Below, piece after piece: positions 9,534 through 19,079 of a stretch of 64,000 bases of DNA (positions are counted from its first letter, which is position 1; the number at the start of each line of letters is the position of its first letter). Under the pieces are notes generated by a model. The model saw only the letters and a list, made by a program, of their open reading frames with translations. It was not told the origin of the DNA and searched no databases. Position numbers and translations under genes: made by a program. Source of the DNA: a virus; IMG/VR virus record IMGVR_UViG_3300013372_001471, positions 9,103-73,102 of that record. One strand, 5' to 3'.

Positions 9534-10958
9534 TCACGCTAAATGTAATCCAAATCTTTTTCTTTTATTGAAGTTAGCAAATGTATTATTTACATCATTG
9601 ATAATTCTATTTCCCATGTGTTCAATACTCATACCAACCTTTTCTTCCATAATAAACTCACGACCTTTTTTACCGGCCTCTTTTCTTTCTTCTTTTGGTG
9701 TTGTATACCATTCATAAATCGCCTGACCAATATCTCTGAAATCTGCACGGTCATCAAAAATGTATGGCGTTGGAACGGAACCTTGTAATGATATATTTGA
9801 AGGCCAAACTGGCTTCACCCAATCACCATGTTTCAAATTACCCCAAACGTCTTTTCTGTGTAATGTATGTATTTTAATATAATCATCTTCTGTAAAATAA
9901 TCATTTGTGTCTGGATTGATAAACCCACATTGGTCTTGCATACCGCCGGTAACATTCACAACAATAGGTGTCCCAGCAGCAAGTGCCTCTGCAGTTCCTA
10001 ATCCAAATCCCTCATTTGATGCCATATTGATAACAACATCAGCACAGTTATACATTACATTTAATTTGTCTGACGGGATTACTTTATCATCAAATAAAAC
10101 TTTGTATTCGTTACATAGCTCACCAATCAAAGCAATTAAATCTGTTCCGTTTGGATCGATTGGTTGTGTGTGCATTAACAATAAACAATCGTCACTTGCA
10201 TTACCACCATTCTTATCAACCAATTGACAAAAGTGTTTGTAAGCAAGAACAACGTCACCCGGATGTTTACGGTGAATGTTTCTATTGTTCCACATTACAA
10301 TAAACTTATTTTTATTGTCACCACGCAATCTTAAATTTTCAAATTTAAGTGCCTCGTAAAAATTATGCTTTTCATCAATAGGTGTGAATATATTTGTGTT
10401 TATACCGTGTGGAACATATGTTATTCTACGGTTTGAAACATCATCACCTACCCTATTGAATATCCTATTGTTTATACCGTATGTTTGTTTTGAAATTGCC
10501 ATCAACAAATCACAACTTGTATATGCATCTTTATTCCACATTGGATCGGTGGCGGTATCACCAACTAAACCAGCTCCATCCCATATGTTCAAATACATTA
10601 GCGGAATCTTCTGACGTATTTCATGTTCCATATCATATAACCATCCCCAAAATCTTGGATCAGTAAAGTGGAGAATTGCATCCGGCTTTTCATCTTCAAT
10701 CAATCTACGAATTAAAAATGGATCACCGTAACCATCATTACAATATATTCTTACATACGCATCTTCTATTCCATGATTTGTTCTCAAATCTTCTGATAGG
10801 TCTAGGATTTTGCCTTTATCTGGATGATTTATAGCGGCACCAACTTGAATCCAATCAAATTCTTTTGCAGTCCCAATAACTATATCTCGCGATACAGTTG
10901 CGATACCTGATGTTAGTCGCATATCATCTGACAACAATAATATCTTTTTCTTTGCCAT
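9534..10958 (-). CDS. Glycosyltransferase family 4 (GT-B)
   Basis: LLLSDDMRLTSGIA, YVPHGI, NRNIHRK, SNEGFGLGTAEALAAGTPIV. Confidence 0.9.
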   Translation of the reverse strand: MAKKKILLLSDDMRLTSGIATVSRDIVIGTAKEFDWIQVGAAINHPDKGKILDLSEDLRTNHGIEDAYVRIYCNDGYGDPFLIRRLIEDEKPDAILHFTDPRFWGWLYDMEHEIRQKIPLMYLNIWDGAGLVGDTATDPMWNKDAYTSCDLLMAISKQTYGINNRIFNRVGDDVSNRRITYVPHGINTNIFTPIDEKHNFYEALKFENLRLRGDNKNKFIVMWNNRNIHRKHPGDVVLAYKHFCQLVDKNGGNASDDCLLLMHTQPIDPNGTDLIALIGELCNEYKVLFDDKVIPSDKLNVMYNCADVVINMASNEGFGLGTAEALAAGTPIVVNVTGGMQDQCGFINPDTNDYFTEDDYIKIHTLHRKDVWGNLKHGDWVKPVWPSNISLQGSVPTPYIFDDRADFRDIGQAIYEWYTTPKEERKEAGKKGREFIMEEKVGMSIEHMGNRIINDVNNTFANFNKRKRFGLHLA

Positions 10959-10967
10959 GTGAAACCT

Positions 10968-12353
10968 TTATATGTTAAAAAACTTGTGTGTTGTGTTTGT
11001 GGAAACGGTTTGCATATTCAATAACATCTTTCTATACGGTTTGAATTTGTAACCCATTTCTTCGAGAGAAGAATTAAACCAATCTTCCGAATAATCATCT
11101 TTATTTCTTTTACCATTTGAAATTATTTCATTCATATCACGAACAAAGTTATCAAGTTTATTCATATCTCTGGTTAATCTTATCAATCTTAATCTTCTTC
11201 TATTATATTCTTCTTCGTCTTGTTCTAATTTTTGCATATCTAATATAAGACTTTTCAACGAATTTTCCAAATCATTTATATCATAAGATAAAACTAATTC
11301 TGCAAATTCAGTTCCTTTGAATAAGTCAATATATGTTTTATCATATATTGGAATAGTCATTAAGTTCTTTTCTATTTGTGCATATTCAAATCTTGGTGTA
11401 ATGAACATTCCGAAGAACGGGACTTTTGTATTTGTTGTTGATATACTAAATCTACAACCAGATAAAAAGTCCATCATACTTTCCATCGTATATGTTCCTG
11501 CAAGCACCATGGGTTTATCGTTATCGAACACTTTGAATACAGTTGGATCCAAATCAAAGTCTGGAAGAAATGTATCACTAAAAGTTTTACGAGAAACATT
11601 TGCGTGTTCTGCCAATATCTTTACATGATTGAAATAATTTTCAGGTGAGTATGTGTTTCCTATATGAACCAATTTCTTACCAGATAAATCTTTCAATCCT
11701 AACTTACCCATTGTTTCTACTATTGGTTTGAAGTTCCCATGACCTTTGAATTTAGCATAGTAAGCACATTCTGAAATGTATGGTAATTCTTTTTTATCTA
11801 CCCATGATTTTTCAATCCACTTATCGTAGATACTCATGTCAATATAACCACCGACTTGAAAAGTATATTCAGAAGTTCCTCTCATTCCAATATACTCTTT
11901 GAGTGCATCCACAAAGAACGGTGTGTATGTCAAGTAATAATCACTATACTTTATGAAAGCGGGAACACAAATTGTATTAAAGTGCATACCCTCATACGGG
12001 TATATCTCATGGTCAAAGAATGCAGTTATAGTATTCAACTGACAATACATCTTTGCCAAGTCAATCAATCTTTCTTTATGTTCTGGTTTTCTTTTTTCGA
12101 TACCATCAACATCGTAGATAAATTTGTTGAGGTTCAAAACAACAATATCATAACCTTCCAATCTATTTTTCAGTTCATTCATTTCCATTTCGGAAATATC
12201 TATACAGTTCTGATATTCAGATTTGAAATTATTTGTTTCGCTAGGATTAAAGTAAAATGTATCAACACTATCAAGTGATGATATGTTTTTTGTAAAGGTA
12301 TGTATTCCCCTATAAACCGAGAGGTCAATGATTGCTAATTGAGCTATTTTCAC
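10968..12353 (-). CDS. T4 DNA alpha-glucosyltransferase-like GT-B protein
   Basis: Colinear motif matches to T4 a-gt as recalled: YDIVVLN~CDILIIN, AFFDHE~VYQHDH, FQVGGYIDM~FQPPMDI, SWVDKKEL~YWKDVSEI, RFEYAQIE..MTIPIY~SLEYTHLE..GTIPVF, YDINDLE~FDENDME. GTG start. Confidence 0.72.
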   Translation of the reverse strand: MKIAQLAIIDLSVYRGIHTFTKNISSLDSVDTFYFNPSETNNFKSEYQNCIDISEMEMNELKNRLEGYDIVVLNLNKFIYDVDGIEKRKPEHKERLIDLAKMYCQLNTITAFFDHEIYPYEGMHFNTICVPAFIKYSDYYLTYTPFFVDALKEYIGMRGTSEYTFQVGGYIDMSIYDKWIEKSWVDKKELPYISECAYYAKFKGHGNFKPIVETMGKLGLKDLSGKKLVHIGNTYSPENYFNHVKILAEHANVSRKTFSDTFLPDFDLDPTVFKVFDNDKPMVLAGTYTMESMMDFLSGCRFSISTTNTKVPFFGMFITPRFEYAQIEKNLMTIPIYDKTYIDLFKGTEFAELVLSYDINDLENSLKSLILDMQKLEQDEEEYNRRRLRLIRLTRDMNKLDNFVRDMNEIISNGKRNKDDYSEDWFNSSLEEMGYKFKPYRKMLLNMQTVSTNTTHKFFNI

Positions 12354-12502
12354 GAAACACCTAAACTTCCAGTTAAATGATTTAATATAAGTTTTTCTAT
12401 CAATCCACTTAATTTATATCCGTTGTCTTGACAATAGTTTGCCAATTCTTCTTTTATAGAATTGCGAATTTGTATGCTCGAGTATTTTGATTTTGCATCC
12501 AC
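12350..12502 (-). CDS. Small ribbon-helix-helix-like DNA-binding protein (50 aa; below the ORF-track cutoff)
   Basis: Manual translation (GTG start) MDAKSKYSSIQIRNSIKEELANYCQDNGYKLSGLIEKLILNHLTGSLGVS: strand-helix-G-helix pattern. GTGA overlap with the downstream gene start. Confidence 0.65.
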   Translation of the reverse strand: MDAKSKYSSIQIRNSIKEELANYCQDNGYKLSGLIEKLILNHLTGSLGVS

Positions 12503-12522
12503 AACATTCTCTATCAGTTAAA

Positions 12523-12542
12523 CATACATATAAATATGTATG
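12523..12542 (-). promoter_or_regulatory. Inverted repeat containing the ATATTTAT late-promoter-like motif
   Basis: CATACATAT-AA-ATATGTATG, a 9-bp inverted repeat; ATAAATAT (+ strand) at 12530-12537, 28 nt upstream of the RHH gene. Confidence 0.6.
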
Positions 12543-12577
12543 AATTTTAGAAAACAATAGAAAATAGTAGATTTATT

Positions 12578-13489
12578 TTAGAAGGGCGTTATGTTTCTTT
12601 TTTCTTTCGGACAAAGTTCGTAATTGGAATTGAAATCACAATACTTACAATTTGAATAATTGTTACCGCCTTCAGCAGGTTGTATTACCTCCAATTTATA
12701 TTCACCTTCTTCGGTAAAGTTTGTTGTAATAAATTCTGCAATTTCTTTCTTGATATTGTTTTGAGAAACTTTGCCATTGGATGGTTCAAATCTTTGAACT
12801 CTCTGTTTCATCGCTTCATATTCTGCATCTTCAATAATCTTTCTACGAAGAATTAAATACTCAACATTTATTTCTTCGGGACTAACACCGTATTGTTTTG
12901 CATAATATGTTTTGTAAAGAACAAGTTGCGATGTCTTTACTTTATCAGCTTTGGTATATTTGTTCCAACCATTTGTGCTAGTCTTGAAATCATATATGTA
13001 TATCTCGCCGGTCTTTGTATTCTTAATAACTAAATCCAAGAAGCCAACGAGTTTAACTGTGGGATGTGTTTCAAGTGGAACTATGTTTATAGGCAATTCA
13101 ATACCAACCAATTCATAATCTTTCTTTTGAAAATAATCGGCTCTATGTGCCTTGAACCAATTAAGAATTTGAACACCGTCTGAATAGTATTCTTTCAATT
13201 CTTTATCGGTAGAGAAGTGAACATCTTTGTTTTCGGTAAGTAATTTTTTGTATTCATTCCGAATACCTGTTTGTAACATTTCATTGAGGTCCAGTTTATT
13301 TGCCTCAACAATTGATTTCTCATAGATGGTCTTAACATATTCTTGCAATACTTCGTGCATCGCTGTTCCAAAAAGAGCAGCAGTTGATGGTTGATATGTT
13401 GCAAGTTTATCAATGTATGTTAGTTTCCATCTATGAGGACAATCCTTCCACATTTGATATTGTGAAAAAGATACTTTTCTGTTAGGCAT
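12578..13489 (-). CDS. PD-(D/E)XK nuclease (RecB/Cas4-like exonuclease, probable Fe-S cluster)
   Basis: SFSQ..W..CP, FGTAMHE, GFLDLV, IYDFKTS, QLVLY, C-terminal CKYCDF...C. Confidence 0.88.
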   Translation of the reverse strand: MPNRKVSFSQYQMWKDCPHRWKLTYIDKLATYQPSTAALFGTAMHEVLQEYVKTIYEKSIVEANKLDLNEMLQTGIRNEYKKLLTENKDVHFSTDKELKEYYSDGVQILNWFKAHRADYFQKKDYELVGIELPINIVPLETHPTVKLVGFLDLVIKNTKTGEIYIYDFKTSTNGWNKYTKADKVKTSQLVLYKTYYAKQYGVSPEEINVEYLILRRKIIEDAEYEAMKQRVQRFEPSNGKVSQNNIKKEIAEFITTNFTEEGEYKLEVIQPAEGGNNYSNCKYCDFNSNYELCPKEKRNITPF

Positions 13490-13875
13490 TATTTACCCCA
13501 CTTGCCAGACTGAACAAGTTGTGCAATGATACCATACACAGAAATATCTTTGAATGTATCATCAAGACTTTCACCGACTGCATCTTTTGAACCAAACATA
13601 ATCATTTGTTTATATCTGTTTATTTTATCGTTCAATCTGAAAAACAATCCTTGTAAAGATAACTTTCTATCTTCTTCTCTTTCCAATGATGAACCCATGG
13701 ATATATTATCCGGACCATAATTTTTCTGCTTACGGCAAAACAATTCATATTGTTCGGCTTGTATTCTCTTAAATTCTGCCGTCATAACAGGAAACTTTTC
13801 TTCTATTTCCAAAACAGCTTCGTGTTTTTTTATACCCAAATCTCTTTCTGTTATTGCCATTTTAGTGTTCCTCAT
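13489..13875 (-). CDS. Nucleotide-modification-associated domain 1 (DUF1599/Nmad1) protein
   Basis: LFCRKQKNYGPDNI, RLNDKINR, ESLDDTFKDISVYGII. Confidence 0.8.
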   Translation of the reverse strand: MRNTKMAITERDLGIKKHEAVLEIEEKFPVMTAEFKRIQAEQYELFCRKQKNYGPDNISMGSSLEREEDRKLSLQGLFFRLNDKINRYKQMIMFGSKDAVGESLDDTFKDISVYGIIAQLVQSGKWGK

Positions 13876-14324
13876 TTTATATTCTTTAATTGTTTTTCAA
13901 ATTTAGTAATATCCGCTTCGGGTGTTCCATACAGTTTCAATATATCGGTCAATTCATCTGGATTGTTTTCTTTAATAAAACGAATATACTCATACACTTC
14001 ATTTCTTCCCAACTCAAAGTGGTTACAAAATGTAGATAGAATTTGTGGTTCTATTTCCATTTTGTGTTTGGACTTTATGTATTTCAGAAAGATTGATTTC
14101 TTTGGTAGAATATCTAGCAAAAGTTTATAGTAATCTCTTGAAGATAGTATTCCATTTGAATATGTTTGAAATTCATTTATGACTTCAACAAATTCTGGTT
14201 CCATTGAAAAGAAACGAGCAATCATATAATTGCTCCATGACTTTGTATCTTCTTCTGAAAGTTCTTCCCATTTTGTTTTACGGAAAGTAACACCTTTAAT
14301 ATGATCAAATAAACTTTTTGCCAT
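13872..14324 (-). CDS. Clamp loader small subunit (T4 gp62-like)
   Basis: SLFDHI, YMIARFFSM, LPKKSIFLKYIK; lies near the clamp loader ATPase gene. Confidence 0.7.
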   Translation of the reverse strand: MAKSLFDHIKGVTFRKTKWEELSEEDTKSWSNYMIARFFSMEPEFVEVINEFQTYSNGILSSRDYYKLLLDILPKKSIFLKYIKSKHKMEIEPQILSTFCNHFELGRNEVYEYIRFIKENNPDELTDILKLYGTPEADITKFEKQLKNIK

Positions 14325-14332
14325 GATAATCC

Positions 14333-14602
14333 TTAATCGTTTAGTTGTTGTCTTTTTGTTGGCATAAATTCGTCATTGATATTACCACATTCTAAACAAG
14401 CATAAGTTGGAATTGGAATGATACCTTCTTGTCCTGTTGGTGAAAGTAGTGCAGAAATCTTTTTGAAGAATGTTACTTCGTGAAAGAATTTATTACCACA
14501 TTTTGAACATTCAATATCTGATGCCTGATTGATGTCCACTGTAACTTGTTGTGGTTCTTGTTGTGGTTGTCCACCACCGTTAATGTCATAAATACCCATC
14601 AT
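14333..14602 (-). CDS. Small zinc-ribbon protein
   Basis: CSKC...CLECG. Confidence 0.7.
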   Translation of the reverse strand: MMGIYDINGGGQPQQEPQQVTVDINQASDIECSKCGNKFFHEVTFFKKISALLSPTGQEGIIPIPTYACLECGNINDEFMPTKRQQLND

Positions 14603-15540
14603 TTTCTCCTTTGGTCAATTTCCATAATAATTTGAATAAACATAGCCATGGCATTTATTTCATGGTCTACAACAAAACTGTCTTTGTATTGTGCTTCAGC
14701 AATAATCAAAATGATAGTTGATACGAAACCATTTGCGTATGTATCAACGGTATCGTAAAGATGTCTGAACATTTGATTGAAGTCACGAACATGATTGTCA
14801 GCAAGTAACTGACGAATACCATCGAACTTTTCTTTTTTGTTTTTACTTGATTTTAGAATATCAACAATCGAAGAAAGATAATTGTGTTCTACCAAAGTTG
14901 TTTCATCCAATTTCAAAACACCACCAATAACACATCGTTGAGTTGTGTTAATTACACGGCGAATATCTGGATAAGATTGATTGATAATTGTTGCAAGATT
15001 ATCTTTCTCATATTTTACATTCTCACCATCAAGAATTTTTACAAGATGTTGTGCAACTTCTTTCTTCGATGGTGGAACTATGTTAAAGATTTGACAACGA
15101 GATTGAATTGGATCAATAATCTTATCTACATAATTACAAGTTAAAATAAAACGAGTTGTCTTACTAAATGTTTCAATAACATTACGAAGTGCTGCCTGGG
15201 CATTCGGTGTCATGTAATCACATTCATCCAATATAATTAGCTTCAATCCACCAAATCCAATTGAAGAAGCAAACTGTTTGATTTTATCACGAACAGTATC
15301 TACTGAATTTTCGTCTGAAGCATTGATGTAAATGTAGTTATCTTTTGCGATAGTATTTGCAACAATCTTAGCAAGTGTGGTTTTACCACTACCAGCATCA
15401 CCATAAAGAAGTAAATGTGGAACATCGTTTGTCTCAATATATTGTTGAAAGGTTGATTTTACAGTATCGTTGCCAACATAAGTGTCAAGTGTTTGTGGGC
15501 GATACTTTTCATTCCAAATTGTGTGTGAAGTGTTAAACAT
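14599..15540 (-). CDS. Clamp loader AAA+ subunit (T4 gp44/RFC small subunit-like)
   Basis: WNEKYRPQTL, GDAGSGKTT (Walker A), INASDE, IILDECD (Walker B), IQSRC (SRC motif). Confidence 0.95.
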   Translation of the reverse strand: MFNTSHTIWNEKYRPQTLDTYVGNDTVKSTFQQYIETNDVPHLLLYGDAGSGKTTLAKIVANTIAKDNYIYINASDENSVDTVRDKIKQFASSIGFGGLKLIILDECDYMTPNAQAALRNVIETFSKTTRFILTCNYVDKIIDPIQSRCQIFNIVPPSKKEVAQHLVKILDGENVKYEKDNLATIINQSYPDIRRVINTTQRCVIGGVLKLDETTLVEHNYLSSIVDILKSSKNKKEKFDGIRQLLADNHVRDFNQMFRHLYDTVDTYANGFVSTIILIIAEAQYKDSFVVDHEINAMAMFIQIIMEIDQRRK

Positions 15541-15571
15541 AACATACCTTATAGATTGATAAATTCATATG

Positions 15572-15603
15572 CTAATATATGTATTTTTCGCCTAATATCC
15601 TAG
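15572..15603 (-). promoter_or_regulatory. Bacteroidota-type sigma70 promoter-like site (weak -33 box)
   Basis: Minus strand CTAG-N20-TATATTAG, upstream of the clamp loader. Confidence 0.4.
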
Positions 15604-16670
15604 CGATTTTTTTGAAATACGAAGATTGGCTCTCTTTTATAGCCAGCTCCCATGACTGCGGACAGTATCAGTTGTAGAGTATCGGTGTGATCGAAACCAA
15701 CTAGGTTGGCATATTTTATAGTCATTTCTTCCAAATCTTTATACTTTGGTGTGTTGGCTATGTTTATTAACATATAGCCACCCATTTTTAGACCGTGATA
15801 ACAATTACGGAATGTTGATTGAAGAAATCCAGATCCCCATTCTTCTCTTGTTGGGAATTTGTTATACGATTGAGTTTCTTCGTCTGCATATTTTTCAGTA
15901 TCGAAATATGGTGGCGAAGTAAAACACAAATCCAAACTATCTTTTTGTGGGATATAATCTTCTGAACCCATCATGTTCAATTGAATATCTTTGCCAAGAT
16001 ATGCAAAGTCATCACGAAGTTTACAAAGTCCTTCAAATGTTTTGGTTGATGGTTCTGTTCCGATATAAGTTTTAATATATGGTGAAGCAAGAGCACCAAC
16101 CAATCTGCCACCCCAACCACAAGACATATCCCACATCACACCATCACCGCCATATTTTTTATAGATAACACCGGCAGCAGTTGGTCTGAAATTGGAAACA
16201 CCTTGAACACCAGAATATATTTTAAGTGATTGACGAAGACGGTTCTCTTGGAAAGAAGTGCCCCAATGTTTTGACAACCACTTCAAACATTTGCGTATTG
16301 TCATTTTGAATGTTTGGTCATTCAAAAAGTTATCCATTGGAGACATCTTTGAGTTCCCGCATTTAACTTCCATTGCATGCGGAAAGTATGACCACGCCAA
16401 TCGAAGTCCGTTCATGGTTTGAATTATATCACCGTCTTTGAAAATACTATCATAATCGAATTGTTGTAGTTTTCTCATGTGTTCATGTTTTTCTTGTTCG
16501 GTGATTTTCATATATGGATAACCGTGTTTGCGGTAATACTGAAAGATACAATCTATCGTATCATCCAATTCTCTTTTACCTGCAAAAAATTCACCGGTCT
16601 CTTTCCACAAACGAACTTCTAGCGGATCAACATCAAAAAATTTACTTAAACTATCGCTGTTTGGTTTCAT
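15600..16670 (-). CDS. SAM-dependent DNA amino-methyltransferase-like protein (SPPY), paralogue A
   Basis: SNFRPTAA, WDMSCGWGGRLVG (motif I), YIGTEP, FTSPPYFDTEKY (motif IV). Confidence 0.85.
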   Translation of the reverse strand: MKPNSDSLSKFFDVDPLEVRLWKETGEFFAGKRELDDTIDCIFQYYRKHGYPYMKITEQEKHEHMRKLQQFDYDSIFKDGDIIQTMNGLRLAWSYFPHAMEVKCGNSKMSPMDNFLNDQTFKMTIRKCLKWLSKHWGTSFQENRLRQSLKIYSGVQGVSNFRPTAAGVIYKKYGGDGVMWDMSCGWGGRLVGALASPYIKTYIGTEPSTKTFEGLCKLRDDFAYLGKDIQLNMMGSEDYIPQKDSLDLCFTSPPYFDTEKYADEETQSYNKFPTREEWGSGFLQSTFRNCYHGLKMGGYMLINIANTPKYKDLEEMTIKYANLVGFDHTDTLQLILSAVMGAGYKREPIFVFQKNR

Positions 16671-16671
16671 G

Positions 16672-18297
16672 TTATGGTTTATAGAAAACGAATACTGGTT
16701 CGTATTTGAACCATTCGCCGTTGTATAATACTTTATTTGCTAATCTCTCTGGATCGGAATTACCAATCATCTTTGTCATAAGCATTCCCATCTTACCTTT
16801 GTATTCCATACCCAAAGATTTCAAAATGTTTATTGAGTCTTCTTCAAGATGTATTGTTTTATTTGCAGATACTTTGATATTTGCAATGTTCCAACAAAGA
16901 TACCGGTCATTTTTCAAATACTCTACGGCAGTTTCCAATGTTGGTTTCAAAAAGTTATCACGCCAGTCTGCATATTCTCCATGTGCCTTATATGATTGTG
17001 TGTCATCATCGGAATACATTTCGCGATTGAAATACGGTGGTGATGTGAAAACAAAATCTAATTTACCTTTATACTTTTGGAAATCAGGATTGAATTGTAT
17101 TGTTTCAGAACCGTCTTGGAAAACTTCGTATGTGTGATTTTCTTTTACATCAAAGAATTTTGATGATAGTGAACTACCCTTCTCACCAATTGACTTCAAG
17201 TAAAAGTCTGCAAGATATTCATAACGAGTTATTCCTAAATCAGGAATTGAATTGTCCGTATTAGGATCTGTTCCAACATAATGTATCGGTCTACTCACCG
17301 ACATTGCTCCCAAAATTCTTCCACCCCAACCTGCACTTGGATCATAAACTGTAACGGTTTCACTTGCAGGAACGTGTTTTGTAAAATGTTCATACAAAAA
17401 CTTTGCAGTCATTGGTGGAAAGTTTACAGCAGGTTGTGAGAAAGAAATACGGAATATCTGAAATGCTTGTGGAAATAATCTTGCACTCTTTTCATACACT
17501 CTAACCAAGAAAACATTTACTCTTGGTTCTTCACCGTCTTTCTTTATCATAAAGTTATCGGACAGTTCATCTATATCACCCAAATAAAATATCATACTAG
17601 CATCAAGTATACCATCCTTAACAAACTCACGGATTTGATCCGCCTTAATAGTTAGATACTTTGTATATTTTTTATTATAGGTTTCAAGTGTGCAAGATAT
17701 TTTTGATATGCGTAAACCTTGTCCGTCAAATCTACCATCACCATTTTTGAAAGCAACGAAGAAGTCTCTTAATGTTTCACCTTCTCTGAAATATGGGTTC
17801 TTAATTTGATTTGAGGAAATAGATTTACTATAAAGATACATTGAGTCATTGTAAAGAGTTCTACGCATAACATGATGAAAAGTATCTTTCATTTCATCGG
17901 TGAAGAAATCATAAATAGATCTAGATGTTTCACCGTTTGTTCCACTTGCAATCTTCGTCTTTAACATAGTTGGAAAGAATTGATTAGCAGCAGAACCATT
18001 TTTAGAGAAGTTAGCAATGACGCCGATTATATCTTCGTCATTGCCTTTCTCTGGACTATGAAAGATTTTTGAGGTATTGAACTGACGTAGTTTTGAAAAT
18101 GATTGAACAATCTCTTCTTCGCTTCTGCCAACAAGAGGCGGTTTACCACTTTCATCCCAATCTTTCAAAAACCTCATTCGTAATTCTTCTATCCATTCTG
18201 AAAACTTATTATCATCATAAGTTACCAATTCGCCGTATGTAATGTTTGACGACCAGGATAGAACATCACTCTTTTCATAAAAATACTTTTTCATCAA
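16672..18297 (-). CDS. SAM-dependent DNA amino-methyltransferase-like protein (SPPY), paralogue B
   Basis: VNFPPMTAK, YDPSAGWGGRILG, YVGTDP, FTSPPYFNREMY. Confidence 0.85.
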   Translation of the reverse strand: MMKKYFYEKSDVLSWSSNITYGELVTYDDNKFSEWIEELRMRFLKDWDESGKPPLVGRSEEEIVQSFSKLRQFNTSKIFHSPEKGNDEDIIGVIANFSKNGSAANQFFPTMLKTKIASGTNGETSRSIYDFFTDEMKDTFHHVMRRTLYNDSMYLYSKSISSNQIKNPYFREGETLRDFFVAFKNGDGRFDGQGLRISKISCTLETYNKKYTKYLTIKADQIREFVKDGILDASMIFYLGDIDELSDNFMIKKDGEEPRVNVFLVRVYEKSARLFPQAFQIFRISFSQPAVNFPPMTAKFLYEHFTKHVPASETVTVYDPSAGWGGRILGAMSVSRPIHYVGTDPNTDNSIPDLGITRYEYLADFYLKSIGEKGSSLSSKFFDVKENHTYEVFQDGSETIQFNPDFQKYKGKLDFVFTSPPYFNREMYSDDDTQSYKAHGEYADWRDNFLKPTLETAVEYLKNDRYLCWNIANIKVSANKTIHLEEDSINILKSLGMEYKGKMGMLMTKMIGNSDPERLANKVLYNGEWFKYEPVFVFYKP

Positions 18298-19013
18298 TTG
18301 TTATCCAATTTTACTAAATAATACTTTGCATCAAAGTCATCAATATCAAATTCAACTTTCGCCAAACCTTCGGATGAAACTTTGAGTGTTCCACCATTCA
18401 AGTCTTTGTTAGCGGCAAGAATACCATTGAAGTATTTTGCAGAGAAACTGATTGGTTCAATATCACCACTTGCATTGCAATCAATATCAATAGAGATACG
18501 GTTTGAATTTGTATTTGAATAACCAAGAACAATTTGATACTTATTTAATTTTTCATTCTTTAATACTGTAAACTTTTCAATATCCGAAAGAGCAGATTTT
18601 GCCTTGATGAATTTATCAATAAATTCTTTTGTAATTGTAATATCCAATTCAAAATTGGGCAATTCTTTTAGGTCTGGTGCAGGTGGAATAACTGCAAGGT
18701 CAGCCAACATATAATTTACAGTAGTTGATTTGTCATCAATTGTCAATGAGAATGCCTTATCACCGGCACCGTTCACTTGAAAGTTTACTGTGTTACCAAG
18801 AACACCCAATAGACTTACAAGCAAGTCTGTGTTATACACACCGAATTTCCAATCATCACCTTGAAAACTTTTCAACTTAACTTCGCCAACCACACATTTA
18901 TCATCGGAAATAAAACGAGTGGAAAGCCCACCATTTACATTCCAAGCAACAGACTGTATCAATTTACCCAAATGATACTTACTGATAAAGTTCAACAACT
19001 TTGATTTTTCCAT
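18294..19013 (-). CDS. DNA polymerase sliding clamp (T4 gp45/PCNA-like)
   Basis: 239 aa, beta-rich, FGVYNTDLL, LKVSSEGLAKVEF...YYLV C-terminus; lies between the polymerase and the clamp loader. Confidence 0.8.
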   Translation of the reverse strand: MEKSKLLNFISKYHLGKLIQSVAWNVNGGLSTRFISDDKCVVGEVKLKSFQGDDWKFGVYNTDLLVSLLGVLGNTVNFQVNGAGDKAFSLTIDDKSTTVNYMLADLAVIPPAPDLKELPNFELDITITKEFIDKFIKAKSALSDIEKFTVLKNEKLNKYQIVLGYSNTNSNRISIDIDCNASGDIEPISFSAKYFNGILAANKDLNGGTLKVSSEGLAKVEFDIDDFDAKYYLVKLDNN

Positions 19014-19048
19014 AACAACAATCCTTAATGATTAGTAAATAATTTATG

Positions 19049-19079
19049 CTAATATATGAAATTTTTGCGTAATTTCAAA
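19049..19079 (-). promoter_or_regulatory. Bacteroidota-type sigma70 promoter-like site
   Basis: Minus strand TTTG-N19-TATATTAG, upstream of the clamp gene. Confidence 0.6.

Noticed and set aside
1-10958. Sugar cluster as host chromosomal DNA (prophage boundary or chimera)
   Set aside because: Same strand, similar AT-richness and continuous translational coupling with phage genes; no integrase, att-like repeat, wzx/wzy or other host context is seen.
12578-13489. Cas4-like nuclease as evidence for a CRISPR system
   Set aside because: Standalone PD-(D/E)XK exonucleases are common in phage replication modules; no cas1/cas2 or array is seen.
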